Counted from the stretch's first letter, positions 13,078 to 27,290 are shown. The stretch: DNA of 55,777 nucleotides from Nemertoderma westbladi (GCA_032718475.1 JAUCBJ010008875.1:1-55777), one strand, 5' to 3'. Notes: generated from the letters alone by a model not told the origin. Made by a program: numbers and translations.

Positions 13078-13646
13078 GTCGATGCATTGAGTTTGTAAGG
13101 TGCATCTAAAGTCTTTAACACTATTAGCGCTTTCTCTACTTTGTTAGCGAAATTCTTGATGCTAACGGGGTTTCTGCCTGATGTTATTCCCCTTAAGGTT
13201 TGTCGGATAATCTTCGCAGGATGGCCAAATTCCCTGTCCAGGGCTCTCCATGCGGTCGTGAATCTTCCTTCAATACCTTGGTATTGCCTCACAATGTTGT
13301 AGGCTGGCCCCCCTGTATAGACTTGTAGATATTTAAGATTTTGTATGAGATTTTTTGTCAAGATCTTGTTGCTGTACATATACATCCTCCGGAACTGTAG
13401 ATATTCTTCCGGTTTACTACCATCAAACTTGAAAGGCTCCACAGGTGGCAGCTCAATTCTAGTTTTCAGCGCATCCATGAGTGTTGCCAATCCGGTAAGG
13501 ATCGGGGTACCAGTGAGGATAATAGGGGAGAACGAGCTATCGACGGTAAGGATGTAGGCTCCTTCAACATTGGCTGTGCTTCGCCTCACGGGTTCGTCGA
13601 CTTTCCCTGAGTGGGATATATCATCGCTGGTAGCGGTCCCCTCCAT
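13078..13646 (-). pseudogene. Element A gag N-terminal half (DUF1759-like)
   Basis: LPPVEPFKFDG...LKYLQVYTGGPAYNIV...AWRALDREFG. Continues at 10083 after the two LINEs. Confidence 0.85.
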
Positions 13647-13869
13647 GTCTCCGGATCTGACGGGATCGGGGGTTTTAATTTTGGCTGTGTGTATTGCAGA
13701 TGAACTCTACTGTTCTCCTTCCGTCTTCCGAGTGGGCTCGACGTTTTCTCGTTTGGCCGCTTACTGCACCAAGGTCCCTCCCTCTGTCCGGTTGTACGGC
13801 CTCGCGGATATTCGTTGCCTTCCTATTATCCTCCGTCATCGGGTGCCATGGTTCACTTAACTCACCACG

Positions 13870-16800
13870 CGCATTATTTACCGACGCTCGTGGGGCTTCT
13901 GCTGCCCCCCCCTTTCCTCCATCGTCAGGAGCCCCGGTTCACTTGAATCACAACGCGCATTTACCATCGAAATCTGTGGAAAGTTTTCTGCCCCTCCCCC
14001 CTGATTTATTACGTTATTATTTAGATTATTTTGATTAATTTCACCGGGATTATTTATTTGATTATTATTTACTGTACCCAGTCTGTTATTTAAATTACTT
14101 TGGTTATCTGGCGCACCAATATTTACATTGTTATTAACCAAAACACTATTTCCTGCAAGAAATGTTTCATTAGTTTTAGGGTTATCTACTATGGTATTAT
14201 TAATATTAACATTCTCGTTGAACGTATTGTTCCAACATAGTTCAATAGTTCATAGTTCAAACATAGTTCCAACTTAGCCATCATTCGCTGGCCGACCTTT
14301 ACTATTTTCTATAACTGTCCCGCCAGATGGAAATGTTACACCTTCTTACAGGCATAACTTCGTTATATGACGAATGTATGTCGATCCATTGTAACGCACT
14401 CTCGCCAATCTTACCAAACCGTCGTTTCCCATATTCACTGACTCCATCTGTTACCCATGCACCTCGATCCTTAGTGTCACTCATTACTAGGACTAGGTCG
14501 CCTGGCTGTAAGATGCGCTCACGAGTAAACCACCGTTGTCGCTCACACAGTAGTGGAAGATATTCGTCAAAGTACCGAGTCCAGAAGATATGTGCAAGTT
14601 GCTGTTCCTGTTCCCACGTCCTGCTTGCATAAATGGCGCCGGTGTTAAATTGCCTTGGAACTCGTGAAGGTCTGCTTCACGAGTAGGAGGTCATATGGTG
14701 TGAGTGGTTGGTCCACCATTGGGTCATCGATTGCGGCGCACAATTGTCTAGAGTTCATGTTTCTTGCGATCTCTGCTAAGGCCGTTCTCAGTGTGTCTTC
14801 GTCAACTAATGCATTGCTGAGTGTTGCTTTCAATCCATTCTTTACTATTCCTATTTGTCTCTCCCAAACCCCACTTGTATGCGATGCGTATGGAACTTGA
14901 AATTCCCACTCGGTCCCAGGTCTTATTTGTTTACTTATTATACCACCACTTTGTCATTGCTTCTTGCAGTTCTCGCTCGGCCCCAACAAAGTTGGTTCCA
15001 TTATCGGATCGTATTAGTTTCACATTGCCATGTGCACATATAAATCGTCGATAAACATTTATAAACGACGCCGCAGATACATCGCATGCAATGTTGAGGG
15101 CCACAGCCCGGCTGGTCAGGCAAGTGAAGATTTCCCCCCATCGTTTCTCTGTCCCCCTTCCTCGTGTCATGTACATGGGCCCCCAGTAGTCACATCCACA
15201 GTAGGTAAAACAGGGTTCAAATGAGGTTATCCAGTCTAGAGGTGGGGGCGCCATCAGTTGTTTCTTGGCTCTAGGGTGTATTTTTTTACAGGTTATGCAT
15301 CTAGATAGGATTTTCTTGTGTAGTGCTTGTCCACCTATGATCCAAAAACGCTTCCTAACACTTGCGACAGTATGCTCTCGGCCTGTGTGAAGTTGTGTCG
15401 GTGCAGCTGCGTGATGACCATTCTGGCCATAAGTCCCTTTGAGTGGAGGATTATCGGCTCCTTCATGTCGCGGTCTACCGGAGCCAGTACAATTCTAGTA
15501 CCTATTCGTAGTATATGATTTTCATCCAGGAAGGGATTTAGTTTATATAACGGGCTAGATTTAAGTACAGCTGCTCCACCTCGTAGTTTGTTTAACTCAG
15601 TTGGAAATTCAATTTCCTGTGAATGTTGCAGTAGTTGCCTTTCTGCCAGCAGACGTTCTCTCATGCTTAGTCTACCCTATCCCCAACTGTTTGGCATTGC
15701 TTTCATCATGGAGTCTGAGTAATATTGCAGAGGTCTACGGTGAGTTGTTGCGGTTGTCTCGAAATTTACTCCATGCTCTTGACGTTCTGCTTTCCTAACC
15801 AGTGCGACTTGCTGCATCCATATTTTATATCTAGAAAGCCATGCCACACGTTGGATGGCCTTTTCCAGTTTTTCATTAGAGTTCAAGATTTTTTCCAATA
15901 GGTTGTTTTCAGCTAATGGTCTCTTCATTGCTAACATAACATCTACCTTCTGCTTAGACAGTACAGACTCTTCATAGTCTATGAGATCCTGGTAGGACAT
16001 TTCGTCCACTCTCCTCTCGTTGTCTCTTAAACTGTCGTCTGGTTTAAACGCAGTATGGTCCCCAACCGCTTCCATGACTGGGTGATCCACGATTGTATCG
16101 TTTATTAAAGGCTGTAGAACCCAGGACATTGGGTCACCAACATTGTTTGTCCCATTTGGATTACGCAGTTTCGTTGCAGCCAGTGGTTCTGGCTCCTTGG
16201 GATCAGCTGCGTGGTCCTGCTCGTGAACTATCGTACCTTCTTTGATCATGACTAACGCACATGCTTTACGTACTTCTTTCCTACTTTGTGTTGGTTCTGG
16301 GATTCTTTTTTTTGGAGAAAATCTGTTCGTGCCTCCACCGCATTGTCTACTTCAGGTTCATGTATGTATGGTACGTCGTCCCTTGGGTTCATGTCTCCTG
16401 GCAAGGGGTTTTTCTTTAACTACATACCTGGTTGTGGCTGATTCCCCATATACATGAAGTCTGCTGATGGCCATTCTGTCTGACTGGTTAGAAGAAATTG
16501 TGGCCCTTCACTCCATATCTAGCTTTTGATGAACTCTCGCGGAAATGCTCCCGTACTTGCCATATCAGCTGGGTTGTCCTTACCCTTAACGTGGTGCCAT
16601 TGGTCTGGTCTCGATATGGATGTAATTTCGTGTACTCGGTTCAGTATGAAGGTGGGATACCTCCTTCCCTCGTTTGCTATATAGTTTAAGGTTGTTCGTG
16701 AGTCACTACAGTAAAGTGCTTGGTTGATTTTAATATCTATTTCCTCCAGGATGGTTCTTGCAAGTTGGATTGCGAAAACGGCAGATTGGAGTTCCTTCCT

Positions 16801-19800
16801 TGGTATTGATATAAACTTGTAGTGAGATGTCCGTTTTTTCGAGGCTACAAAGGCAGTTATAGCTGTGCGCTCCAGCTCATCAAGTTGCTCAGTCAGCACT
16901 GGCTCTAATGTTATAGGTTCCTTCATCATCAACTTCCTTAAATACGCTACTGCTCCATAGCCAGTCTCACATGCGTCGCAGTATGTATGCAGCTCTATCC
17001 AATCTGAGTCATCCCTATCTGGAAAATACGGTCTTGCAAACTTGACATGATTGACTAGATGCAGCTGGTCCACCCAGGTCTCCCAACGTTCTAGAAAGTA
17101 ATTACTTAGATTATCGTCCCAGCCTGGTATGGTTAGGGTTAATTCTCTCATAAACCTCTTTCCTATTAGTACGACAGGGCCGATGAATCCCAAAGGATCA
17201 TATATACTTGCGATGATAGATATACAGTCTCTCTTAGACTTTGCTCCTAGGTGTGGAGCTGACTGTATGGCGATTGTATCATTATGTGTATCCCATTTGA
17301 GTCCGAGCGCTCTGGCTATTGGAAGATTATCCAAATATAGGTCTATATCTGGCCCTGCTCGACGCTCTTTTGGAATCGCTGCCATGAATTCTTTCGAGTT
17401 GCTCATAAACTTAGTCAAGTTGAACCCACCCATTGCTAGACATCTTATCAGTTCATCAGCTAGTTCAAGTGCGGTTTTGTAATATCTGCAGGATTTCATA
17501 CCATCGTTGACATAGAAGTATCTTAGTATGGTTTTTATTGCCTCCTCTGAGAATCTATTTTTGTTGTCATTAGCTACGCGTCTTAGTGTGGCTCCAGCGT
17601 TGCTTGGCGAGGACTTGACCCCGAAGGGATTTACTAGCATCTGGTATATCTCTGGTGTACTCTCCCTACCCTCATCATAAAATAAAAAACGTAGGCTATC
17701 TACATCTTTTTCTGGGACCCTTATCTGGTAGTACATGGCCCCTATATTCGCAGGCAAAGGCTACTTTCTCAAGACGAAAACGAATTAGAACTCCAAGTAG
17801 TAGACTGGTCTGAGATGGTCCGTCAAGCAACTGGGAGTTCAGTGATTGCCCCTTGTATACTGCTGCAGCGTCGAATACGATTCTAATTTTATCCTTGTTG
17901 GTGAGGTAGGTAGTATATGGTTCTAGAATTTACCAGTTCATTAGAGTTCATCTTCCTTGCATAGCCCTTGTCTTGGTAAGTTTGTAGGATTCCTCGATAT
18001 TCCTTCTCCTTCCCTGGGTTCCTCAAGAAACGTTTCTGTAAGCTATTGAGTCTACTTAGGGCCAGTAAATAGTTATTTATTAGTATGGGTTGTTCCAGTT
18101 TCCATAGTAATGGGGCTTGGTAGTGAGCCTCTGGCAACAGCACTATCTGTTTTTGCAATTCCACAACACGATTATCCTCTGGGGTTCTCCGAGTAATTTC
18201 TGATGGGATGTTAAATCCCTGCCCCTCCAGTGACCAGAAGTGATGTAAATGACGGTTTAGGTCTTTATCCGGTTCAGTTACTAATGTAGAATTGATGGGG
18301 TCGTAAATAACTGCGTCCTCGTTACAAAGTCCGGCTGTATTAGATAGTGCTGCACAACAACATTCTAGCATTACATTAGCTTTCTTTGGGCCGGCTAGAT
18401 ACCAACCGAAGAAGATTTCTATTGCAAAGGGTTCGTTTTTAAATTGATTACCCCAACATTGCTGTTTGCGATAGTGTGCCATAGGAACATTCACGCCAAT
18501 TATCATTACAATACGATGAATGTCTACTTCTGGGTAGTCTAGTTTTTCCTTCAGATCCTCTGGATGAGGCTACCTTGTCATCGTTTTATCTGGCATCTGA
18601 CTATCGAAATGCATGCCCTCATGCACATTAACATTATGGATCATTATTTCCACCTCATATCCTTTCATAACGGCGGTGACGCTGATGGTGATTTGCCCCC
18701 ACTTGCATTTCTTGTTCTTCTCCAAACAGAGCGCCAACCAGAATATTTCTATATTTTACCATAGGCCTGATCAGTTTTGCTGCCTCTTTATCAATGAAGC
18801 ACGTAGAGCCTCCTGAGTCCAATATTGCGTAGGCTGTAACGCTCCATTTTGCTCCATCAGGGTTTGTAATCCGTATTGGAATAATGGGTAATATACTGGT
18901 CTAGTCGTCAGTGGTTCTCAGTACTAGTACGACCTTGTTATCACCTGGATGCTGTTCTTTGTTGGTCTTTTCTTTAGATCTCCCTGTGGATGGATGTAGT
19001 AGTGAGTGATGTGTGGCGTCACTGCAGAGTGCACATTTCCCTACAGTTCTGCACGACTCCCTAGGGTGCACCCCTAGACAGTAGTCATACATTGCCTTTG
19101 ATTGCACATATGCCAAGCGTTCGTCATAATTTAACTCTGAAAACTTTCTGCATGAGTACACGCAATGGCCTAGTTCATTGCAAAATATACATTTTAGTGG
19201 TCTAGATACTCCGGGCAGCTGCCTTGGAGTAGTTTGCATTCGTTGTTATGGTTGAGGTAATTGGCCAGAGTATACGACATTTTGTGAATAGTTTGGCCTC
19301 ATATTTTGATTATTGCTGCTGTAGGGTTTCGACTGAGCACTAAAAATGTTTCCAGGATTGTTGTAATGTGGACCATTATTTGGATACTGGTATTTATGGT
19401 CCGGTTTATTAATATGTTTGCTGTGTTGTTGTCTGTCCTGGACGTTGCATAGTGGCAAGCATATTTCTATGCTGATTATAGTTTTTTACTTTGTCCGCTC
19501 CCTCTTTTGCTCTAACAGGTGCGACTAGAGTAGCTTGTTTTATTGGTGGTATGATGTCACCTTTTGGAATTCTTTCCTTTTCATTTCTTTGGCTTCGCAG
19601 GCAGTGGTTGCGAGATTCGTCCACTTGAAACACATTTTCATTCTGAATCGATGCACTTTCGTAGATGAAAGATGCCATTTCGAATAAATTTGGTTCCCTG
19701 TTGAGATTTTCTCTCATATGAAACGCTGTATTTGCCCACCATCGTTGGACATGCACTGGGCAGTTGGCCATGATTTTCTTCATGTTGGACTGTGTATGTA

Positions 19801-20395
19801 GCTCGTGAGGCCGTTTTAGATGTTGTAATAATGTGATTGAGTTGTAAATGTCATCCGAGTATTCCTGCAATCCTTCCTGGCCATTTTCAGCTATCATATC
19901 ATGGTCTACCAGTTTGGCCACAGATCTCCCTATAATTAGGTTTGGTAGTCCATACCGTTCTTATAACACATGTAGTGCTTTCGCATAACCCCCTTGTAGA
20001 CCTTCGTAGTTTTCAATTAGTCTTCTAGGTGGTCCGCAAGTGTACATCAGCAGCATACTTAGTTTCTCTGAGTCACTGATGTCACTGATATGCACCCTAT
20101 CGTGGAAGTTCTGGATGAAACTGATGAATCTTGTTGGGTCCCCATCGAAGGTTGTTGGTGCCTGGGGCGGCAGTCTCAGTCTCATTGAGATATCCCTTAA
20201 AAGTTGAACTGCGGGTTGCCCTGAGCGATCGGCTGGATTTGGTTGGGCTGATATGGCATCCGGATTTACTGGCTGCAAGTAGTCATGTGGTGGTGCGTCG
20301 CAGGACCTTAGGAGTCGATTAAAGATTTCGTTTGCTGAGTCATTTGCCCTTCTGCCCGCATTAAATTCCTGCCTATCGTCGACTACATTATCGAC
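13870..20395 (-). mobile_element. BEL/Pao element B, decayed gag-pol, no LTRs visible
   Basis: Gag LPPQAPTTFDGDP with knuckles (18901-19239), protease AILDSG (about 18810-18830), RT YFYVNDG, SIYDPLG, LHTYCDA, NPADMASTG, and integrase CDYWGP, SDNGTNFVG, ending RHITKLCL*EG. Confidence 0.9.
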
Positions 20396-21311
20396 TGCAC
20401 TATTTTACTTTTTATTGGTATGTATTATTCACTAATATTTACTTTTTTCGCCGGGAAAAAGTAAAATAAATGCAATACACGGGTTATTTTTCCCTAAGGA
20501 GATAAAAGTACTAATTACGTATTTATTTTTTGATTGGCAATTTATGATAATACAGTTAGTACTGTTGAATGTAGGCCTACACATACAGTAGGCCTGCCTC
20601 TTATGTTATGTAGGAAATGTTTAGAATGGTCATTGTTAAATAAAAGGGCCATGTGGACCTAAAGTATACTATATTTAGTGCCATAAACATTGGGAGGTGA
20701 ACAAAGGTTACTCAGCAGTCTTGAACAGAGAATAAGACTAAAATGACCAAATTTAATGCTGTAAACCTCTCTCTCCAGCTGTTGCGGCCGTGAGATACTG
20801 TATGTAGGCTTATTTATGTAGTGAATATCATTTAACAATTTCCTGGTTTTGTTTGAAATGGAGTCATTAATATTCTCTTTGGGGTAACGTAATTTTGTCG
20901 AGAAACCATAATCCAGTGGATTTCCGTTAACAGACACCGAACAAAGGACCAAATTGTGATTTCCTTCATAGAAGCCTTACTCATTGATTATTCATTCAGC
21001 GTTCCGCTTTCAGCTTTAAGGCGTCTCATTATAAGGGTGTAGTATTTTGTTCTGAAAACTCAATTTGTGGGTCTTATTTTAATGAGTTGCTGATATTTTT
21101 AGATTAAACATGGTGGGATCTAGATTAGGGTGAGAAAAGGTGAAATAATACTTACAGTTGTATGAAATAAGGGAAGATACGAGATAAAACCCAAAAAAAT
21201 ATATACAGTATAATACAGTATACAGTAGGCCTAATACAGATTTCACCTTATTTGTACCTGGTACAGTATATATTTATTAATACTGTAGGTTCTGTTAGAA
21301 CTGTAAATAAT

Positions 21312-22210
21312 GATTATGGGGTGATGTTAACTCCACCTGCTGGCTCCAGAAGTCAATGAAATCCTGCCAAGTACCTAACTGAACTAGACTTTGCTGATGA
21401 CTTAGGAGTACTCTCAGAATCACTAGAGGGAGCCCAACGACTCATCAGCTCACTAGAACAGGCTGCTTCTAGTGTTGGTCTTTTAATTAACTCCAGAAAG
21501 ACCAAAATTCTGACAGTTAACTTTGAAAGTCCTCAGCAAGTCTCTGATCGGATGAGCATAAGCTCAAAAGATGGTATGCTTGAGCATGTGGACGACTTCT
21601 GTTACCTGGGATCATGGATCCGGAAGTCAGGTGAGGACCTTCGAATACGTAAGGGAAAGGCATGGGCAGCCTTGAATAGGCTTTCTAGGATTTGGAAGTC
21701 ACCGAGAATTAATCGGAAACTTAAGGTCCGATTATTTAGAGCAGCAGTAGTTCCAGTACTCCTCTACGGGAGTCCATGCTGGGCTCTAACTGCTGAGGAC
21801 ACCAAATCTCTGGATGGCACATTCACAAGAATGCTACGCCGGGTTCATTGTGTCAAGTACAATGCACACATCTCCAACCAGACACTATATAACATTGGAG
21901 GTGTCTCATTGGTTCCCCCAAGCTTAACACTAGAACAAAATCGCCTCCGCTTTGCAGGACATTGCTTTCGCCGTGAGGACCAGCCAGTGCATAATCTTGT
22001 ACTTTGGCAGCCTCATGGAGTGAATAAGCATGGTGGACAGCCCATGACTTTCTTGAGACGCATCTTAAAGGAAACTGGCCTTAAAGACGCGGATGATCTA
22101 GCAAATGTCATGGGTGATAGGGAGTTGTGGCGGTGCAATTTTGTTGACAAGCCGGCACAGCATTCTTAAAAATGCAGCTGCAATGCAGCATGCCGATCCT
22201 AGTAGTAGTA
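21312..22210 (+). mobile_element. 5'-truncated RTE LINE
   Basis: YLTELDFADDL, DDFCYLGS, VLLYGS and RLRFAGHC motifs, with a (TAG)n tail. Confidence 0.92.
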
Positions 22211-23001
22211 TGTGAAAGAAGGCAATCTATTGCAAACCAGATGTTTATTGTAATTTTCTCAGACGTATTTGATAATGGTCGTATGGTGTGTAATTAATGG
22301 TTGCAGTTAATAACAAAGCTGGAGGTTTAAATAATTTACCATTCGTGCAACCCCCACCTACGCGTTGACATACAGTATAAGATTTAAAGGGATTAATCTT
22401 GCTACGTCTAATAAGAGCCCAACAGCCTCAGATTATTGGTGGACTGAGTCAGGGCCAAACTGGTCCACATATTTTCCTGTGAGGGTAAATTGTGTTTTGG
22501 GCCCCGCTACGTCGTTTTATTTCATTCTATCATTACCAACTACTGAATGACAAAAAATAATACAAATGTACTGTATATTGTACTGTATATTGTATTGTAT
22601 ATTTTATATTCTGTACCTACTGTAGTACTACTATCTATTCATCGCGCGTCCCCTATCTGATTGATTTGTGTCAAATTAAATTGTCTTTGGCAAATTTATT
22701 TGATACAAATCGAACGATTAAGCAATTAATTAATTGTTTAATCCACCAATTAATTAATTAATTGCTTAATTAATAACCTACTTAACACCTAAGGTGTGAA
22801 GTGGGTCCAACTGTCGCAGAAATGGGGTTCATCTTACTACTGTTAAAGCATATTTAAGCTTTTACTATTTCGAGGAAACGCGGATTATATGGAGGACAAA
22901 AAACTTTTCTTTTTGTAAAAGATGTGGTTCTCTTTAAAATATTCGCATTTCTGGTTTGAATTAGATTTGATTTGAATGTGATTTTCGTTATATTTTTTCA
23001 G

Positions 23002-23599
23002 ATTTGCAAATAGAACGCATGTTGGAGGATGCTAATGAATGGAAGGACATTGCCAATGCCAATTCTAGTAATTTGTTTAATGAAACCCATCAAGGTATGG
23101 TAAACGATATAATAGAACAAACAGTAGATTCTCTATCCGAAGATGAAAAGGTCCTGTATTTAAGTTTGGACTGGAATGCTACAGGATTTACAATTGAAAG
23201 GCTTTCCAACATTTGGAAAATAAAGCAATCAATTGCTGCCGAAATTGCAGGGAAATTAGTTGAAAAGAAACTCTTAGAAAAGGAATTGGATATGTACGGG
23301 TTACATAAACGATTAAAACAGTATATTAAAGAGACACAAATACCTAAAGAGATATTGGACAGAGGCCTAGAAGCATTGCATTTTTATGAATCTGCCCTTT
23401 CTAAGGGAGAAGTATGGAAACTTAGATCCACATTAATGATTGTAGGGCAAGAAAGTGCAGGAAAAACCAGTTTAATGAAATCCCTTATAAACAAGCCATT
23501 TGACAAAAATGAACATATTACAAATGGCATAGTCTACAATGAGACTTGTTTGATACATTCTGATAAACCTACTGACTGGACAACTTCTGAAAAGCAAAC
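23002..23599 (+). pseudogene. ROCO gene 5' part: NB-ARC-like winged helix plus Roc P-loop, interrupted by the LTR element
   Basis: Splice acceptor ttttttcAG ending at 23001. IPKEILDRG...LMIVGQESAGKTSL (G1) and HITNGI (G2). Upstream exons were not found. Confidence 0.88.
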
Positions 23600-24834
23600 T
23601 GTTCGCGCTTTTGAAGACCTTTAGCAGTTTAACCTGCCAAAATTTATATGTCTTTTAGTTAATTAACACACCTTTAGCATACGACAATATTTTATGCTAA
23701 TACGCAAAACATTAGCCGAAGCCAGCCCATGCGCGATCATTCACCCGATGGATCTACACCCGGGAGGCTGAATTCGGATGCTTAGATTTTATTATTGCAG
23801 TGTAAGGTTGCAGTGTAAACCTATTGTATTATTCGATAGATCACTAATATGTAATTTCTGACAGATATTATTAACTTTCGGGAAATATTAACAGTTCCTT
23901 TAGGACGTGGCGCTCTATCTATTTAAACAGAGCTAGGACTTATACTAAACGCAACGATAAGGCTTATGATTAAAGTATAAGTCGCATTCTTTAGGAAATG
24001 CTTTGTTACCAGTCACATCACACTCACAATCATGCACACTATTCTGCCGACCGTCAGTATATTTGATCACACATAAAGAGAACAGCAATTGACTCAGGTA
24101 GTGTCTACTAAATAACATTAGATTCAATACACACCACATTGATATAAATCGCAATTGTTATGTATAGCCGGTCTCTCTAACCTGTAGTGTATCAAGAAAA
24201 TTGGGAATTTGGGTGATTTATCCGTATTATCCAAAGAGCAATATTTCCATCAACAAATAGGTACAATTAATAACTGACGGTAAATAGCAGTACAAACAAT
24301 ATGATTAGTGCAGTTAAATTAAGTGAGGTAACACCGCCGCCGGTAACAGTTATACTTTCTATAATCTAAGCAGTTTACTAGAGTTCTTACCAAAAAGCCG
24401 GTGTTTCTGGCTTAGACAGCAATAACAACAAAGTATCAAGTAAGGCAGTAAGACTGAACACTCTCCTTATGATCGGCTGAAAAGCTACACGTCGACAGGA
24501 AAAATCGCTCTGATTGGCTCAAGCCAAACAAAGAACCATACATCCAATGGCTGTTTCCATGTCAGCAACCAGCTGTTAGATGTCGTAATATGAATCATCA
24601 CGGCTAAGCTGTGAAAGGTAGTTGGTGCATTACAAGTTTTTTGCCTTACCATGTCCGCCAAAACACGTATATAGCAGAATGATTTTTATGTCCGTTAAAA
24701 CACCTGTAAAGGTACCTTGCGGGCGAGGGGAATATATATACAGTTAGAGAACCTTTTTAGAGTATTCCAGCGCCTGGGGGGAAACTGGATTGCGAAGCAA
24801 AAGGGGCCAGTTATATCCCACAGAAGCTTTTACA
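23600..24834 (-). repeat. 3' LTR of element C
   Basis: Direct repeat of 36781-38015 with no difference seen by eye. The adjacent minus-strand PPT is GGGAGCGG (24835-24842). Confidence 0.97.
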
Positions 24835-24912
24835 CCGCTCCCAGAAAATGGGATTTAAGTCTATAAAATATACAAAATCACAGTTTCTCAAATACGAAAA
24901 TACTCTAAACAG

Positions 24913-26208
24913 TTAGTCTTTCATGCGCGGACGGCGTTTACGCAGTTTTTTAAAGCTAGCCAGAGTCTTTTTCTCTTTGGGGCGAGCCACTTTACAAGGA
25001 GGGCTATAACTCCTGGGTGAAGGGTGCAACATGATTGCATCAGAGGGTATAGGATTATGGTCGGTGTATCCGCCAGTCGAAGTGCCGAGTTGATTGACAT
25101 CAACGTCGGGGGAGAGGGGTCTAACGGCTTTGAGAGCTCGTTTCAAGACAGCCGCTCTTATGGGTCCTTTACGAGTGGTCTGAATGAGGGCCGTGGGTGG
25201 ACCATAGGCAGTTAGAAACTTCCTTGGTTTAATGGTTCTTTCCAACTCGCGTTCGCGGGCTCGGTACTCGTAAGGCCGTCGATATACTTCCTGTAACTCG
25301 ATATGCGTGATTTCTGTTCGACAGAAGCGAATAGATAAGGATGGAACGCATAAATTCCTTCGTAAGCGCATCCAGGATAATAGCGATGGCGCGAATCACG
25401 ATGTAAATCAGCGTTCGCTTCCCAAGCTCTAATGTAACGTAGTGTGATCATTTCATCTACGCTTTCCAAATCGCGATAAAAAGGGCAATCGGAACTGGCG
25501 TGTCCCTTTAGTGGACAGTGGTGACATTGAGTCATAAATTGAGGGCAAACCGCAAAAATATGCAAATTATTAAATCTGCAATACGCTCAATAAATTTCCA
25601 TCGCCGGTTGTTCGTGGAAATAGGAACAGCGGACGTTTGTGTCCATGGGCGTAACATGGTCTCTCGATGCGCATAACCGACAACGTTGCCGAGAAACATA
25701 GTTGGCATGGCGATAATCGTACGCAGTGAGACACTGTGGACCTTGATACCATTCTAGGATGTAATCGTTGTCGCTGTTCCGAGCGCGATAGGCTGAATCT
25801 CCTCAGATTCTAGGCATATTGGTTCGTGTTCGGCTTCCCAGTCTGTTACGAATAGAATTTTCGTGATCTATTCTCGGTTTATCGTTACGACTCCGCTGGG
25901 TATGATATTTAAATAGAACCATTTCCCTTTAGGGTGTCTACATTGTCCGTATCATGTAAATCGATAGGATGGCCGGTAGTTAAGAAGTCCATATACGTAC
26001 CATTACGATTCGTATAGCGAGCGGTGAATTTTCTATAGTCCAATTCACGCGTAAGTTGTTCCTGGGACATCGGCGGTTCGATATAACGACCATCGTCCTC
26101 CGTAATAGTCGGATCGGCTTCACCGCGTATCAAGCTATCCACAAACGCTTGTAAAGGTAGAGTATATCGCTCCCTGATACCAAGGTCATCTTCTATCAAT
26201 TCCGTCAT
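24913..26208 (-). pseudogene. 3' accessory ORF of element C (triple CCHC), with stops and frameshifts
   Basis: CRLCASRDH...C, *AYCRFNNLHIFAVC and CHHCPLKGHASSDC, followed by WEANAD...RHR. Same position and motif order as in element A. Confidence 0.7.
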
Positions 26209-27019
26209 ATCTGTTATCTGAGTTTATTAATATCAATATGAGTTAATATTTTAGGCAAGCGGGCGTCGCTGCCTACTAGGCTTTGCCCCCGGACAGTGGG
26301 TTTCTCAGCGCCGATGTACCGCTGTCGCAGTGTTTACGCCAACATGTAGCAACAGCACGACAACGATAACCGACACAAGTCCCACCACTGTCCGTCCCAA
26401 AGGCTTGAATCCACTTGAGGTTATCTCGGTAGAGTTAGGCTACTTTACAATTGCGATTAGCTACTGTAAACACACTTTAGTAGTATCATTCACCTATAAA
26501 CGCACAAATTCCATACAATCATTACTTACTGCACACATGCAAGCCATTTTGTCCGTTAGTCATTGTCTTCCAGAATGTCACGTTATTACTATGTATCCTT
26601 GGATACTAATAGTGCGCTATGTATTCTCTTATGCTACGCAATGGGGCAAGCTTTTATTGTTCCTTTTAACTTGCTTCTAATTCTAGCGTGGGTGTTGCCA
26701 TGGTGACATTATGGAAAACTAGCGGTAGAATTAGGGCAATTCTCATGCATACAGATCTGGGATGTTATTTAATAGTAATTCTTTAATTGTCAATATCCTC
26801 TTTATGCATGATTTTATAAATTTTATCGGCTATTGACTATATGTTGGAGATTCTCGCGCTCTAGTACACTCAATATGAATCTCCGCTCCCATGATCTATT
26901 AATTACTGGAATTTTGGGAATGTTATAAATTGCACAAAATGACAACTTATGAAATTCATTCGAATATGAATTTAAATTTATTCCCGTGAATTTTATTATT
27001 TGATGTTAAAATTGACACA

Positions 27020-27290
27020 ATTTGATTCCAGAGCAGGTCTGGGGACATAGGATCCTTAATTCTATGAAATTTGTCTTTTAAGAGTATCGGTAAGTGCTAC
27101 GATATCTTATTCGACTAGAATTGTTAACGGATCTGAATTTTACAGATTTTAATAAATATTAAATTAATATTTAGGATGGGCACCGATTTATTCCAGAACT
27201 TGTCTGGGGACGTTAACCACTGATTCTAGACTTTGTCTTTCAAGTATATCGGTGGGTGCCACGATATCTTAATCGACTAGAATTACAGAT
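27020..27290. repeat. Diverged tandem duplication of about 165 bp in the element C spacer
   Basis: ttccaga...tctggggac...cgatatctta.tcgactagaatt occurs twice. Confidence 0.7.

Larger units (their letters stand above)
288..13860 (-). mobile_element. BEL/Pao LTR retrotransposon A, decayed, 5' LTR missing, with nested insertions
   Basis: Minus-strand order is gag (ELPPVEPFKFDG, 13078-13646 and 9607-10083), protease region, RT, RNase H, integrase, extra ORF, PPT, LTR. The right boundary is approximate. Confidence 0.85.

Noticed and set aside
20659-20952. 97-aa minus-strand ORF as a host exon
   Set aside because: No recognisable motif, and it is on the wrong strand for the ROCO gene.
23945-24154. 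Duplicated 69-aa ORF (also at 37126-37335)
   Set aside because: A chance ORF inside the LTR, duplicated with it.
25587-25589. TGA at a conserved Cys position as selenocysteine or an alternative genetic code
   Set aside because: The same ORF has other stops and frameshifts and no SECIS was recognised, so a point mutation is simpler.
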